The notes under the pieces: generated by a model | The model's database searches: none | The model's input: only the letters and a program-made list of their open reading frames with translations | What the model was told of the DNA's origin: nothing | Program-made: the position numbers and the translations under genes | Origin: Desulfocapsa sulfexigens DSM 10523 | GTDB taxonomy: Bacteria > Desulfobacterota > Desulfobulbia > Desulfobulbales > Desulfocapsaceae | Assembly: GCF_000341395.1 (NCBI RefSeq) | Contig: NC_020304.1 | Span: forward strand, 3,240,001-3,272,000 | DNA: 32,000 nucleotides | Direction of reading: 5' to 3' | In this document: positions 20,371 through 29,085 of the stretch, piece after piece | Numbering within the stretch: position 1 is the first letter of the stretch | Layout: every line of letters begins with the position of its first letter

Positions 20371-21573
20371 TCAGGCAGTTGCTGCCCTTCCAAGAGCATC
20401 GCACATCTTTTTCAACTGCTCATCGCTCATTTTCACAGATACCGGGTACACCAGTGTTCTTGACATAATATCCGCTGATTGAGGAAGTAAATTGGGGTCG
20501 TAAACTACGCGACGTTTACCGCCTGGTTCTGCAAAGGGCCATCCGGATGCGGTAATTGTTGATCCTTTCATAAGGTGTTCCCAGCTTGGATAAAAATGCC
20601 AGCTGTTTTCACTGAAATTAATTGCGCCAACCCCACTTTCTTTCAGGATAGCATTTATTCTCTGACACTGCTCACTGCTCTCCATGATAAATGCAAAAAA
20701 TGTCGCCGTATCCCCTTCTTCATCGACAAGACTTCTGAATTGTACTCCAGGAATAGCAGATGCTGCCTGGCGGAGTTTGGCCTTATGGTTCTTTTGAGCA
20801 GCAATCATGGAATCAAGTTTAGCCAACTGGGCAATCCCCATAGCACCCTGCAGTTCCATCATTCGATAGTTAAATCCTACAAACCTGCGCCCTTCCCCGC
20901 CACGTCCCCCTGGATTAACCACATGATCGTGACCATGATCATGGTATTCAGACATGGTTCGCCACATTTCTTCATCATTGGTAATGATCATTCCACCTTC
21001 TCCGGTGGTCATGGTTTTCACCGAATCAAATGAAAATGTCCCGCAGTTTCCAAAGGTACCGAGATGCTGACCTTTAATTGTGCCACCTGCCGCCTGGGCA
21101 GTATCCTCAAGCACCGGAATATTATGTTTGCTGGCAATTGCAACAATTTCTTCAATACGGGCCATTGCTCCAAGCATGTGCACCGGGATGATACAGCGAG
21201 TTTTGTCATTGATCTTTGTTTTCAGATCTTCGGGGTCCATATTTAAGGTTTCATCAATTTCAGTGAAAACCGGAATAGCACCAATATCAAGAATTGCCTC
21301 CCAGGTGGCTACAAAGGTGAATCCCTGGGTAATGACCTCATCTCCAGGGCCCACTCCAAGTGCAGCAAGCGCAACCTTTAATGCAGCCGTTCCAGAAGTC
21401 ACTGCCTGAGCAAAACCTGCACCGCAGTAGCTTGCGAAATTCTTCTCAAATTCTAGGACCTTATAAACATTCTTGCGCTGTTCACCAAACTCATATCTAA
21501 AAAGGACACCAGTGTCCAGAACGTCACTGATCTGCCTTTTTTCCTCATCTCCAAAGACTTCAAAACCGGGCAT
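20371..21573 (-). CDS. DegT/DnrJ/EryC1/StrS family aminotransferase
   Basis: GVGPGDEVITQGFTFVATWEAILDIGAIPVFTEID, VPVHMLGAMARIEEIVAIA..VLEDTAQAAGG, GTFSFDSVKTMTTGEGGMIITND (PLP lysine), GFNYRMMELQGAMGIAQL. Confidence 0.93.
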   Translation of the reverse strand: MPGFEVFGDEEKRQISDVLDTGVLFRYEFGEQRKNVYKVLEFEKNFASYCGAGFAQAVTSGTAALKVALAALGVGPGDEVITQGFTFVATWEAILDIGAIPVFTEIDETLNMDPEDLKTKINDKTRCIIPVHMLGAMARIEEIVAIASKHNIPVLEDTAQAAGGTIKGQHLGTFGNCGTFSFDSVKTMTTGEGGMIITNDEEMWRTMSEYHDHGHDHVVNPGGRGGEGRRFVGFNYRMMELQGAMGIAQLAKLDSMIAAQKNHKAKLRQAASAIPGVQFRSLVDEEGDTATFFAFIMESSEQCQRINAILKESGVGAINFSENSWHFYPSWEHLMKGSTITASGWPFAEPGGKRRVVYDPNLLPQSADIMSRTLVYPVSVKMSDEQLKKMCDALGRAATA

Positions 21574-21592
21574 GGGATAACTCCTTTGTCAA

Positions 21593-21955
21593 TTATTTGG
21601 TGAGCATTTCTTTGATTCTATTGTTTTTATCAAGCAATGCAATAACAGGATGATAGGTTTCAAGATCCTGTGGTGAGTAGAATCCAAAGGTTACAATAAT
21701 GATCAAATCGCCAACCATCCCTTTACGGGCAGCAGCACCATTCAGACCAATAACACCAGATCCGGCTTTCCCTTCAATAGCATAGGTGTCAAAACGCTCC
21801 CCATTATTTATATTATAGACCTTTACCCGCTCGAAGGGCACTATTCCTACAGCATCGAGAAGTTCACGGTCAATGGTAAGACTACCTTCATAATTAAGAT
21901 CTGCTTCAGTAATAGTGGCCTTGTGTAACTTGGCCCTGAGCATTTGACGCTCCAT
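21593..21955 (-). CDS. panD: Aspartate 1-decarboxylase
   Basis: MLRAKLHKATITEADLNYEGSLTIDRELLDAVGIVPFERVKVYNINNGERFDTYAIEGKAGSGVIGLNGAAARKG; G-S self-processing site in YEGS. Confidence 0.96.
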   Translation of the reverse strand: MERQMLRAKLHKATITEADLNYEGSLTIDRELLDAVGIVPFERVKVYNINNGERFDTYAIEGKAGSGVIGLNGAAARKGMVGDLIIIVTFGFYSPQDLETYHPVIALLDKNNRIKEMLTK

Positions 21956-22005
21956 AGCAACTATCCTGTAAAGTGATGGTTTTCGGAAAACCTGTTTTTA
22001 ATGTT

Positions 22006-22866
22006 TTATGATTCCATTAATAGAGAATTATCTATTAATCGTATCCGCTTATTAATCTTTACCGCCATAACCAGCAAGGACTGTTCACTCAAGTGAGTGC
22101 AAACCTGTAGTGTCGTTTTATCAACTATTTCTATATAATCAATTTCGCATTCAGGATGTTCTGTTACTATCTGACAGGCTATATCCTTAAGGTCAGCAGG
22201 TGTTATTGTTTGCCCGCTGTTGTTTTTAATGGCATTTTTAACAGCAGTAATGCTCAAAGAAAGGGAAAGTGCCGCTGGGATTTCATCTTTTTGAAGGTAC
22301 GTGTTGCGCGAACTCATGGCCAGGCCATTTTTTTCGCGAACTATTGGATGACCAATAATATCTATCGGAAAATCGAGATCTGCAACCATCCGCCGTATCA
22401 CCGCCAGTTGTTGAAAATCTTTTTCCCCAAAAACGGCAAGGTGTGGCAGTGTCAGGTTGAAAAGTTTTGCTACAACGGTGGTTACTCCGTCAAAATGCCC
22501 AGGCCTGCTTGCTCCGCAAAGGGAAGATGTTAACCCACTGACAGAAACGGTAGTGGCAAAACCCTCCGGATACATACTGCCCTTGTCCGGGGCAAAAATA
22601 ATATCAACTCCTACTTCTTCAGCCAGTCTACAGTCTCTTTTTAGGTCATAGGGATAGTTATCCAGATCCTCACCTGGCCCAAACTGCATGGGATTTATAA
22701 AAAGGCTGACTATTACGCGGTCGACGGACTGCCTGGCTCTTCGCATAAGCGAAAGATGCCCTTCATGAAACCAACCCATGGTTGGTACAAGCCCGATCAG
22801 TAACCCCTGAGATCGATATTGCTGGGCAAGTATCTGGATCTCTTCAGGACTGGTTACTACCTTCAT
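22006..22866 (-). CDS. panC: Pantothenate synthetase
   Basis: GLVPTMGWFHEGHLSLMRRAR, VSLFINPMQFGPGEDLDNYPYD, HFDGVTTVVAKLFN, VFGEKDFQQLAVIRRMV, REKNGLAMSSRNTYL. Confidence 0.96.
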   Translation of the reverse strand: MKVVTSPEEIQILAQQYRSQGLLIGLVPTMGWFHEGHLSLMRRARQSVDRVIVSLFINPMQFGPGEDLDNYPYDLKRDCRLAEEVGVDIIFAPDKGSMYPEGFATTVSVSGLTSSLCGASRPGHFDGVTTVVAKLFNLTLPHLAVFGEKDFQQLAVIRRMVADLDFPIDIIGHPIVREKNGLAMSSRNTYLQKDEIPAALSLSLSITAVKNAIKNNSGQTITPADLKDIACQIVTEHPECEIDYIEIVDKTTLQVCTHLSEQSLLVMAVKINKRIRLIDNSLLMES

Positions 22867-23558
22867 TCCTGAGCGCTGAGACGGGTAATCTTTTGCTGAA
22901 TCATTCTGGTGAGCTGAGAGTTCTGCTCCTCACCGAGAAAGGTCCCGAGATATTCCTCATAAACCGCCAGAGCTTCCTTGTTTTTTCCTTCAGCCTCGAG
23001 TACCCGGGCCATCCCCATGAACCCCTCATCCTTATAGCCATCAATTGCTTTCAGAGCCGAATAAGATGCCGAAGCCTGACTATACAATTTGTCTGCCTCT
23101 TCGGCCTGGGCTATTGCAAAACTTAGCAGCCCATACATTGGATTTGAGGTTGAAATGTCATCACGAACCTCGGAGTAATACTGTTTGGCTTTGGAATAGG
23201 CTTTATCCTTCATGGCCATATGACCAAGTTCTACACTTGCCCACAGAGCCGAGGGTGTTCCTGAATAATTATCAACAACATGTTCAAGAGCCTTAATCCT
23301 ATCTGCGCCTTCCGCATTCATGGATAGGGAAAGATTGCTTGCACTATCTTCAAGACGTCCAGTTCGGTAACTCTGATAAAGAGATCCAACAACCACGACA
23401 ATTACTATCAAAGTGCCGCTAATTTGCAGTATTCGTTTATTATTCCTAACAAATTTCACAAAACCTGGTGGAAGATTGAGTTGATCCAGCACACCGCTCG
23501 GTTCAACATAGGCATTTTCTGCCACATGATTCTGATCAAATGCACTTCTTTCACTCAT
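22863..23558 (-). CDS. Membrane-anchored tetratricopeptide protein (YfgM-like)
   Basis: Single TM ILQISGTLIVIVVVVGSLYQSYR followed by TPR-like repeats. Start chosen at MSERSAFDQ (23558) rather than the longer ORF. 4-bp overlap with panC. Confidence 0.72.
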   Translation of the reverse strand: MSERSAFDQNHVAENAYVEPSGVLDQLNLPPGFVKFVRNNKRILQISGTLIVIVVVVGSLYQSYRTGRLEDSASNLSLSMNAEGADRIKALEHVVDNYSGTPSALWASVELGHMAMKDKAYSKAKQYYSEVRDDISTSNPMYGLLSFAIAQAEEADKLYSQASASYSALKAIDGYKDEGFMGMARVLEAEGKNKEALAVYEEYLGTFLGEEQNSQLTRMIQQKITRLSAQE

Positions 23559-23748
23559 CCTGCACTCCTGGTTTTTTACTTTACCTTTATGAGAAAAACC
23601 TATACCTCTATCTGAGATAGTGGCAGCTGTCTCCATTTTGTTTTCAAAAATAAATAGTGTAATTTACCCTATCCTGATTGCCATGTCTATTCTCAAACCG
23701 CATATATTACGGATTTTTAAAGTTCTATTCACATACAGGCTCTTTTAG

Positions 23749-25107
23749 ATGATCAATCAAGAAGCAGACCAGATGTATTCCGTCACTTCACTCACCAGAA
23801 AACTTAAAAATCTGGTTGAAATGAAGTTTCGTTTTGTTAAGGTGGAAGGGGAAATTTCGAACCTTAAACGACCATTTTCAGGGCATTTGTACTTCACCTT
23901 AAAGGATGATGGTGCCCAGCTCAAAGGTGTACTTTTTAAGGGACAATCCCGCTATCTTGAAAAACCTCTTGAAGATGGACAACAGGTCATATGCCATGGC
24001 CGCATCTCAGTTTACGAACCACGAGGTGACTACCAGCTCGTGGTAGACAGTGTTGATTTTCAAGGGAGTGGAATGCTGCAGCTCCAATTTGAAAAACTCA
24101 AAAAACAGCTGCAGGGTGAAGGACTTTTTGCTCAGGAGAGGAAACGAAGTCTTCCCAGATTCCCAAGGGAGATTGTGTTGCTCACTTCCCCTAGTGGTGC
24201 TGCCGTCCATGATTTTCTAAAAATATGGCGCAAGCGGCATTTTCCTACCACTGTGAGTATTTACCCCGTGCCTGTTCAGGGAAAAGAGGCAGCAGCAGCG
24301 ATTGTCAAAGCCCTGGACATACTCAATGTTGTCCGTCCACACACAGATATCGTGGTGCTTTGTCGTGGTGGAGGATCCCTCGAGGATCTCTGGCCCTTTA
24401 ATGAGGAAATTCTGGCAAGGGCAATTGCACAATCCACCATCCCGGTTGTATCAGCTATAGGACATGAGGTGGATTTCACAATAAGTGACTTCTGTGCCGA
24501 TCTGAGAGCGCCAACACCTACGGCTGCTGCGGAAATGATAATCCCTGACGGTATTGCACTACAGGAAACAGTTGGACGTATGCAACGGATACTCACCAGA
24601 ACTGTTTTTGGAATATTGGAAGACTATCAGTACCGGATCAATCAAAACCGTAGATTGCTTGGAGACATGGATTTTCTCTTCACCAATTATTCTCTTCGTC
24701 TTGATCACGCATCTCTTAAGCTTGTTACCCTGATAAAAAAAGTAATCAGTAACAGGAGTGTTATCTGTGACGAATTTTACGCAAAACTTCATCACAATTC
24801 ACCGGTGGCAAAGGTACAACTTCAGGAACAACATCTTCATTTTGCTGCAGCAAAACTCTCCTATCTGTTCCGGACTTTAGTTGCGGACAAAGAGGCAGCG
24901 TTAGGCCGGCAGGCATCATTGCTTGATGCGGTCAGTCCACTGGCAACGATGTCGAGAGGATATTCCATCACAAATAAAATTGATACAAAATCTGGAAAAA
25001 AAACACTTATCAGAAATAGTGGACAGCTTAAAATTGACGACAGACTGGAAATTCGGTTTCACAGAGGAAAAGTAGAGTGCGGAGTGACCCATGTAACTGA
25101 TGAATAA
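23749..25107 (+). CDS. xseA: Exodeoxyribonuclease VII large subunit
   Basis: MYSVTSLTRKLKNLVEMKFRFVKVEGEISNLKRPFSGHLYFTLKDDGAQLKGVLFKG, GRISVYEPRGDYQLVVDSV, LTSPSGAAVHDFL, LCRGGGSLEDLWPFNEE, VVSAIGHEVDFTISDFCADLRAPTPTAAAEMI. Confidence 0.95.
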   Translation: MINQEADQMYSVTSLTRKLKNLVEMKFRFVKVEGEISNLKRPFSGHLYFTLKDDGAQLKGVLFKGQSRYLEKPLEDGQQVICHGRISVYEPRGDYQLVVDSVDFQGSGMLQLQFEKLKKQLQGEGLFAQERKRSLPRFPREIVLLTSPSGAAVHDFLKIWRKRHFPTTVSIYPVPVQGKEAAAAIVKALDILNVVRPHTDIVVLCRGGGSLEDLWPFNEEILARAIAQSTIPVVSAIGHEVDFTISDFCADLRAPTPTAAAEMIIPDGIALQETVGRMQRILTRTVFGILEDYQYRINQNRRLLGDMDFLFTNYSLRLDHASLKLVTLIKKVISNRSVICDEFYAKLHHNSPVAKVQLQEQHLHFAAAKLSYLFRTLVADKEAALGRQASLLDAVSPLATMSRGYSITNKIDTKSGKKTLIRNSGQLKIDDRLEIRFHRGKVECGVTHVTDE

Positions 25108-25226
25108 ATCGTAGTTGTTCCGACTCGATCTGACAGTTTAAGAGATGAGACGTGATTAAACCTGACACTCAGTAGGCACCTTTTTACAGCGTAGCCACTT
25201 TCACAGTGATATTGCCGGTGAACATA

Positions 25227-26615
25227 TTAAAAATCAAGTGGGCTCTTTGCTTCCTTTTTCGTCGTACTCTTCACCGTATGAGTGTAAATCATGGTTGTCC
25301 TTACATCCGAATGTCCCATCAGTTCCTGTATTGTTCGGATATCATAATTGGCCTGCAGAAGATGGCTGGCAAAGGAATGACGAAACGTGTGTGAAGTAAT
25401 TCTTTTGGGTATTTTTGCCTTTTTCACAGCTCTTCTCAGGGCCTTTTGCAATGATGTCTCATGGATATGATAGCGCCGGTTTTCACCATTTTTGAGGATG
25501 TGTGTTAATTCTTTGGCCGGAAAAAACCACTGCCAGATAAATTCCCTCGGAGCATTCTTATATTTTTTCTCAAGTCTGTCGGGCAGAAAGACGCCATCAT
25601 AGCCTACTTTAAGATCTGCATCATGAACACTGCCAACAAAAGTCAACTGTTCTTTGAGCCTCCCTTTCAGTTTATCCGGAATAGGCACAGTGCGATCCTT
25701 TTTACCTTTCCCGTCATGTATAGTCAATATTCCCATATCAAAATTAAAATTGTGGACCCGAAAAGAAATACATTCAGAGATTCGCAGTCCGCATCCATAC
25801 ATGAGCTCGATCATTAATTTGTAAGGATTACTCATATAAGAAAGTACTATATCGATTTCTTCCCGGGATAAAACAACAGGGATATACGGCTTGTGTTTAG
25901 CCCGAACCACACCGTCAATTTTCCCAAAGTCGGACTTGAAGACATTTCGAAACAAATAAAGCAAAGCATTGAATGCTAAATTTTGACTCGATGCAGAAAC
26001 TTTCTTTTCTGTCGCCATAAACGATAAGAACGCTTTAACATCTTCCACCTCAACGAATTTGGGATCTTTGCTTTTTACAAAAGTCTGGAATTGCCTTGTA
26101 TACCCAACATAAGATTTCAATGTCCTTAGTGAGTAATGTCTCATCCTGATCGAGCTTTCGAGCTCCGAGTATACCTGCCGCCAGTCTACTCCCTTGTGTT
26201 TTTCAGCACTTTTTTCCGTTTCAGGGAGTACCTCTTTCATTTTTCTGGTAGCGATAGCAGTCTGTTTTACGCGGTTATCTTTGGCAACCTGAGCCTCGAT
26301 ATCATAAAAATTATGACTCTTTTCTGGTGGTTTCTTTTGTTGCCCTATTACTTCTTCTGAATTTTTCATCTTCCATAGCAAATGGATGGCGTCTTCTGCT
26401 TGCTTCAACATGAACGGTTTTTGATTTTTACTTTTCAGCTTAATCAAAAAAGCAGGCAAAGAGTCTTTTTCGCTCCATTTTAAAGAATATTTCGTGCAAA
26501 AATCGAGATAATATCGTAACCATTTCAGGTAGAAAGATTGGAAGCGTTGTTCCACACCCTGATCTTTGAGAAATTTTGAGTATTGGGCTGAGAATTCTTT
26601 GGGTAGCTTGATCAT
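25227..26615 (-). CDS. intI: Integron integrase (tyrosine recombinase) with N-terminal extension
   Basis: Catalytic motifs YGCGLRISE, KGKKDRTVPIP, HTFRHSFASHLL, MGHSDVRTTMIYTH. IntI-specific segment HDADLKVGYDGVFLPDRLEKKYKNAPREFIWQWFFPAKELT...GENRRYHIHETSLQKALRRAVKKAKI parallels the IntI1 segment [36 protein letters not shown]; ends KSPLDF. 462 aa. Confidence 0.95.
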   Translation of the reverse strand: MIKLPKEFSAQYSKFLKDQGVEQRFQSFYLKWLRYYLDFCTKYSLKWSEKDSLPAFLIKLKSKNQKPFMLKQAEDAIHLLWKMKNSEEVIGQQKKPPEKSHNFYDIEAQVAKDNRVKQTAIATRKMKEVLPETEKSAEKHKGVDWRQVYSELESSIRMRHYSLRTLKSYVGYTRQFQTFVKSKDPKFVEVEDVKAFLSFMATEKKVSASSQNLAFNALLYLFRNVFKSDFGKIDGVVRAKHKPYIPVVLSREEIDIVLSYMSNPYKLMIELMYGCGLRISECISFRVHNFNFDMGILTIHDGKGKKDRTVPIPDKLKGRLKEQLTFVGSVHDADLKVGYDGVFLPDRLEKKYKNAPREFIWQWFFPAKELTHILKNGENRRYHIHETSLQKALRRAVKKAKIPKRITSHTFRHSFASHLLQANYDIRTIQELMGHSDVRTTMIYTHTVKSTTKKEAKSPLDF

Positions 26616-26641
26616 AAATCGACTTAGGGTGTTAACTGGAA

Positions 26642-26764
26642 TCTAGATAACATTCACTGTGACTGGTTAACCAGAAGAAAATAGCCTATCATGGACCACT
26701 TCAGATTGTCAATGGAGATGGCGACCCGGAGTTATCTAGAAAACTAGACAATAACTTGTTGGGC
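26642..26764 (+). promoter_or_regulatory. attI-like recombination region, crossover in GTTGGGC (26758-26764)
   Basis: GTTGGGC fits GTTRRRY, with an opposed ATAAC immediately left (AATAACttGTTGGGC). Also TCTAGATAAC (26642-26651), its perfect inverse GTTATCTAGA (26731-26740), and CTAGACAATAAC (26744-26755), candidate integrase-binding repeats. Confidence 0.8.
26663..26674. promoter_or_regulatory. Perfect 12-bp palindrome CTGGTTAACCAG upstream of intI
   Basis: CTGGTTAACCAG lies 48 bp upstream of the intI start; a related GTTAACTGG lies at 26631-26639. Confidence 0.4.
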
Positions 26765-26773
26765 AACAAAAAA

Positions 26774-27118
26774 ATGAACAGACTACTTGCCTTAACCCTT
26801 ATACTTGCCACAATAACATTAACAAGTGGCTGCAGCACGATACTAGAGCGGGTTACCTACTCAGAAGAGAATCGAGGACAACTCAATTATTATCCGGCTA
26901 CACAATTTGACATTTTCACAATTAAAAGTGGAGGCGGACTCTATTGCAGTCCTGGTCCGGGAACATTGATTGTCGTCCCTCTTTCAATTATCGATTTGCC
27001 TATCTCATTAGTCACAGACACAATTATGCTTCCTGCCGACATAGCAAGGAAAAACAAAATAGATAAACAAAAACAAAACGAAGCAACCCACAAAGAGCAA
27101 GGCTCGGTGCCTAAATAA
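26774..27118 (+). CDS. Cassette 1: YceK/YidQ-like lipoprotein
   Basis: MNRLLALTLILATITLTSGCSTILERV lipoprotein signal; YPATQFDIFTI...LIVVPLSIIDLPISLVTDTIMLPADI resembles YceK-type small lipoproteins. The cassette spans 26759-27272. Confidence 0.75.
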   Translation: MNRLLALTLILATITLTSGCSTILERVTYSEENRGQLNYYPATQFDIFTIKSGGGLYCSPGPGTLIVVPLSIIDLPISLVTDTIMLPADIARKNKIDKQKQNEATHKEQGSVPK

Positions 27119-27154
27119 ACAAAAACTACCTCAATACGTAGAGTTAAAAAAATT

Positions 27155-27278
27155 GCCCAACAATACGCTCAAGCACGACGCGCAAACTTGCGCTTTGCTA
27201 AATCGGCTTCGGCCATCTCAACACAACCCGAACTTACTTTAACCCAAGCTAGGCGCGCGTCTTAGCTTTGCGTTATAC
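27155..27278 (+). repeat. attC1
   Basis: R'' GCCCAAC ... CGCTCAAGCACGACGCGC ... GGCGCGCGTCTTAGCTTTGC GTTATAC (R'). R'' is complementary to GTTGGGC at the start of cassette 1. Confidence 0.93.
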
Positions 27279-27288
27279 CAATCAAACC

Positions 27289-28017
27289 ATGAAAGCACCT
27301 TGTACCCTACTCCTTATAACCTTCCTTTTTTCCCTGAATGGTTGCGCAGTTGTGACACATATTGGGCCGTATGAAGGAAAAATTGTAGATGCAGAAACTG
27401 GTAAGCCTATTGAGGGAGCTTTGATTTATTCTTACATATCCACAGAATCTCCTAGTGTAGCAGGAACGGTGTCACACTATGCTGGTTACACACAAACTTT
27501 TTCAGACCAAAATGGCTGTTTTAAAATAAGCAAGTTACTTTTCGCGTTTAGGCCACTAGCAATATGGGGTGATGAACATTTTATAATATCAAAACCTGAA
27601 TACATATCATCAGCATATACTTCACATGGTAACAACATTGAAGAATCTAAAGAGAATATTATTAGGTTAAAAAAATTTAAAAAAGAACCATATTTGAAAT
27701 CAAAAATTTATGAACCATATATACCTTACAGTATAACATATGAAGAACAAAAATACTTGGGAGTGATAAATGATATAAACAGAATGTATAAACTTCTTTC
27801 TCCATCCAAATTAACCATAGAAGAATATTACAATGTATTAAGTCAAACTAAAAACAAGGGCAATGTCGAATCAAAAAAATATTCCCATTATGAACTTGAA
27901 CTGTGGAAAGACTTTGGGGTAGCGTTACAAGTATATGAGCAAGAGTGGAAGAAAAGATCATTTACTCAAGAAAAACCAGGAGAGACTTTAGGAATTGAGT
28001 CACAAATCCTTAAATAA
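27289..28017 (+). CDS. Cassette 2: hypothetical lipoprotein
   Basis: MKAPCTLLLITFLFSLNGCAVV lipobox LNGC; YEGKIVDAETGKPIEGALIYSY resembles a carboxypeptidase-regulatory-like beta-sandwich start. The cassette spans 27273-28140. Confidence 0.75.
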   Translation: MKAPCTLLLITFLFSLNGCAVVTHIGPYEGKIVDAETGKPIEGALIYSYISTESPSVAGTVSHYAGYTQTFSDQNGCFKISKLLFAFRPLAIWGDEHFIISKPEYISSAYTSHGNNIEESKENIIRLKKFKKEPYLKSKIYEPYIPYSITYEEQKYLGVINDINRMYKLLSPSKLTIEEYYNVLSQTKNKGNVESKKYSHYELELWKDFGVALQVYEQEWKKRSFTQEKPGETLGIESQILK

Positions 28018-28026
28018 ACAACAATG

Positions 28027-28146
28027 GTATAACAATTCGCTCAAGCACGACGCGCGAGCACGCCAGTTTTATCGGCTTCGGCCAACTCACTTCAACCCGA
28101 ACTTACTCAACCTCTGCTAGGCGCGCGTCTTAGCTTTGCGTTAGGG
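28027..28146 (+). repeat. attC2
   Basis: R'' GTATAAC (complementary to GTTATAC at the start of cassette 2) ... CGCTCAAGCACGACGCGC ... GGCGCGCGTCTTAGCTTTGC GTTAGGG. Confidence 0.93.
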
Positions 28147-28152
28147 CCAAAA

Positions 28153-28620
28153 ATGAATGAGCCTGATATTCAAATTGAAATAGCATCTAAAAATGATGCT
28201 AATGAAATTTTGGAAATCCAAAAATCAGCCTTTCTAGGCCAAGCAGCCATTTATAACAACTATGAACTGCCACCGCTTACACAAAGCCTGGAGTCAATTG
28301 AAAATGAATTCGGTGAAAAAACCTTTTTGAAAGTTGTAATCAATGGGCAAATCATTGGGGCAGTCAGATTTAAGCAAAAAGAAGGCATCGTAACTATCGA
28401 TCGAATCGTAGTTAAACCAGAGTATCAAAATAAAGGCATTGGAACATTATTGCTTAAACAAATTGAAAAAATAGCTACAAATCCAAAGTCTTATCAATTG
28501 TTCACGGGCAACAAAAGCTCCAGAAATATTCATCTATACGAAAAATCAGGTTATAAAGTTATAAAAAAAGAAACTACTAACCAGGGTATCGAACTACTAA
28601 AAATGGAAAAATTGCCCTAA
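28153..28620 (+). CDS. Cassette 3: GNAT family N-acetyltransferase
   Basis: IGAVRFKQKEGIVTIDRIVVKPEYQNKGIGTLLLKQIEKIA...NIHLYEKSGYKVIKKE is the GNAT motif A/B pattern. The TAA stop lies inside the attC3 R'' box. The cassette spans 28141-28733. Confidence 0.9.
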   Translation: MNEPDIQIEIASKNDANEILEIQKSAFLGQAAIYNNYELPPLTQSLESIENEFGEKTFLKVVINGQIIGAVRFKQKEGIVTIDRIVVKPEYQNKGIGTLLLKQIEKIATNPKSYQLFTGNKSSRNIHLYEKSGYKVIKKETTNQGIELLKMEKLP

Positions 28621-28739
28621 CAATACGCTCAAGCACGACGCGCAAACTTGCGCTTCGCTAAATCGGCTTCGGCCATCTCAATTACAACTCTAACTTAACT
28701 TAACCCCGGCTAGGCGCGCGTCTTAGCTTTGCGTTATAT
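28615..28739 (+). repeat. attC3
   Basis: R'' CCCTAAC (complementary to GTTAGGG at the start of cassette 3) ... CGCTCAAGCACGACGCGC ... GGCGCGCGTCTTAGCTTTGC GTTATAT. Confidence 0.93.
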
Positions 28740-28781
28740 GGCAAAACAATCACGAACTACACTTCATCTCTAATCTGCAAC

Positions 28782-28810
28782 TTGACAGAAAAGCTCATCA
28801 CAATTATAAT
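28782..28810 (+). promoter_or_regulatory. Consensus sigma70-type promoter inside cassette 4
   Basis: TTGACA (28782-28787), 17-nt spacer, TATAAT (28805-28810), 39 bp upstream of the antitoxin start. Confidence 0.85.
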
Positions 28811-28849
28811 TACAATTATATTATGAACAAATCTCAGTGAGGTGCGATT

Positions 28850-29083
28850 ATGGGTCAAGTAACTATCTATCTCGACAATGAGACAGAAAACAAATTGAAA
28901 AAAGCTGCCAAATCTAGTCACCTTTCCGTTAGCAAATGGGTTGCGGGGGTTATAGAAGAAAAAGTAACAACTGAATGGCCTCAGGATGTCGTCAAGTTGG
29001 CAGGCAGCTGGAAAGACGATTTTCCAACCATCCATGAGATAAGATCGACCACCGGCCATGACTCCCCAAGGGAGGAACTCTAA
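28850..29083 (+). CDS. Cassette 4: ribbon-helix-helix antitoxin (VapB-like)
   Basis: MGQVTIYLDNETENKLKKAAKSSHLSVSKWVAGVIEEKV is a CopG/RHH pattern; directly upstream of a PIN-domain gene. Confidence 0.82.
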   Translation: MGQVTIYLDNETENKLKKAAKSSHLSVSKWVAGVIEEKVTTEWPQDVVKLAGSWKDDFPTIHEIRSTTGHDSPREEL

Positions 29084-29085
29084 AA

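Noticed and set aside
25227-26615. Integrase considered as a generic XerC/XerD or phage integrase
   Set aside because: It carries the IntI-specific insertion (KKYKNAPREFIWQWFFPAKEL), a C-terminus of the SPLD type and adjacent attC sites.
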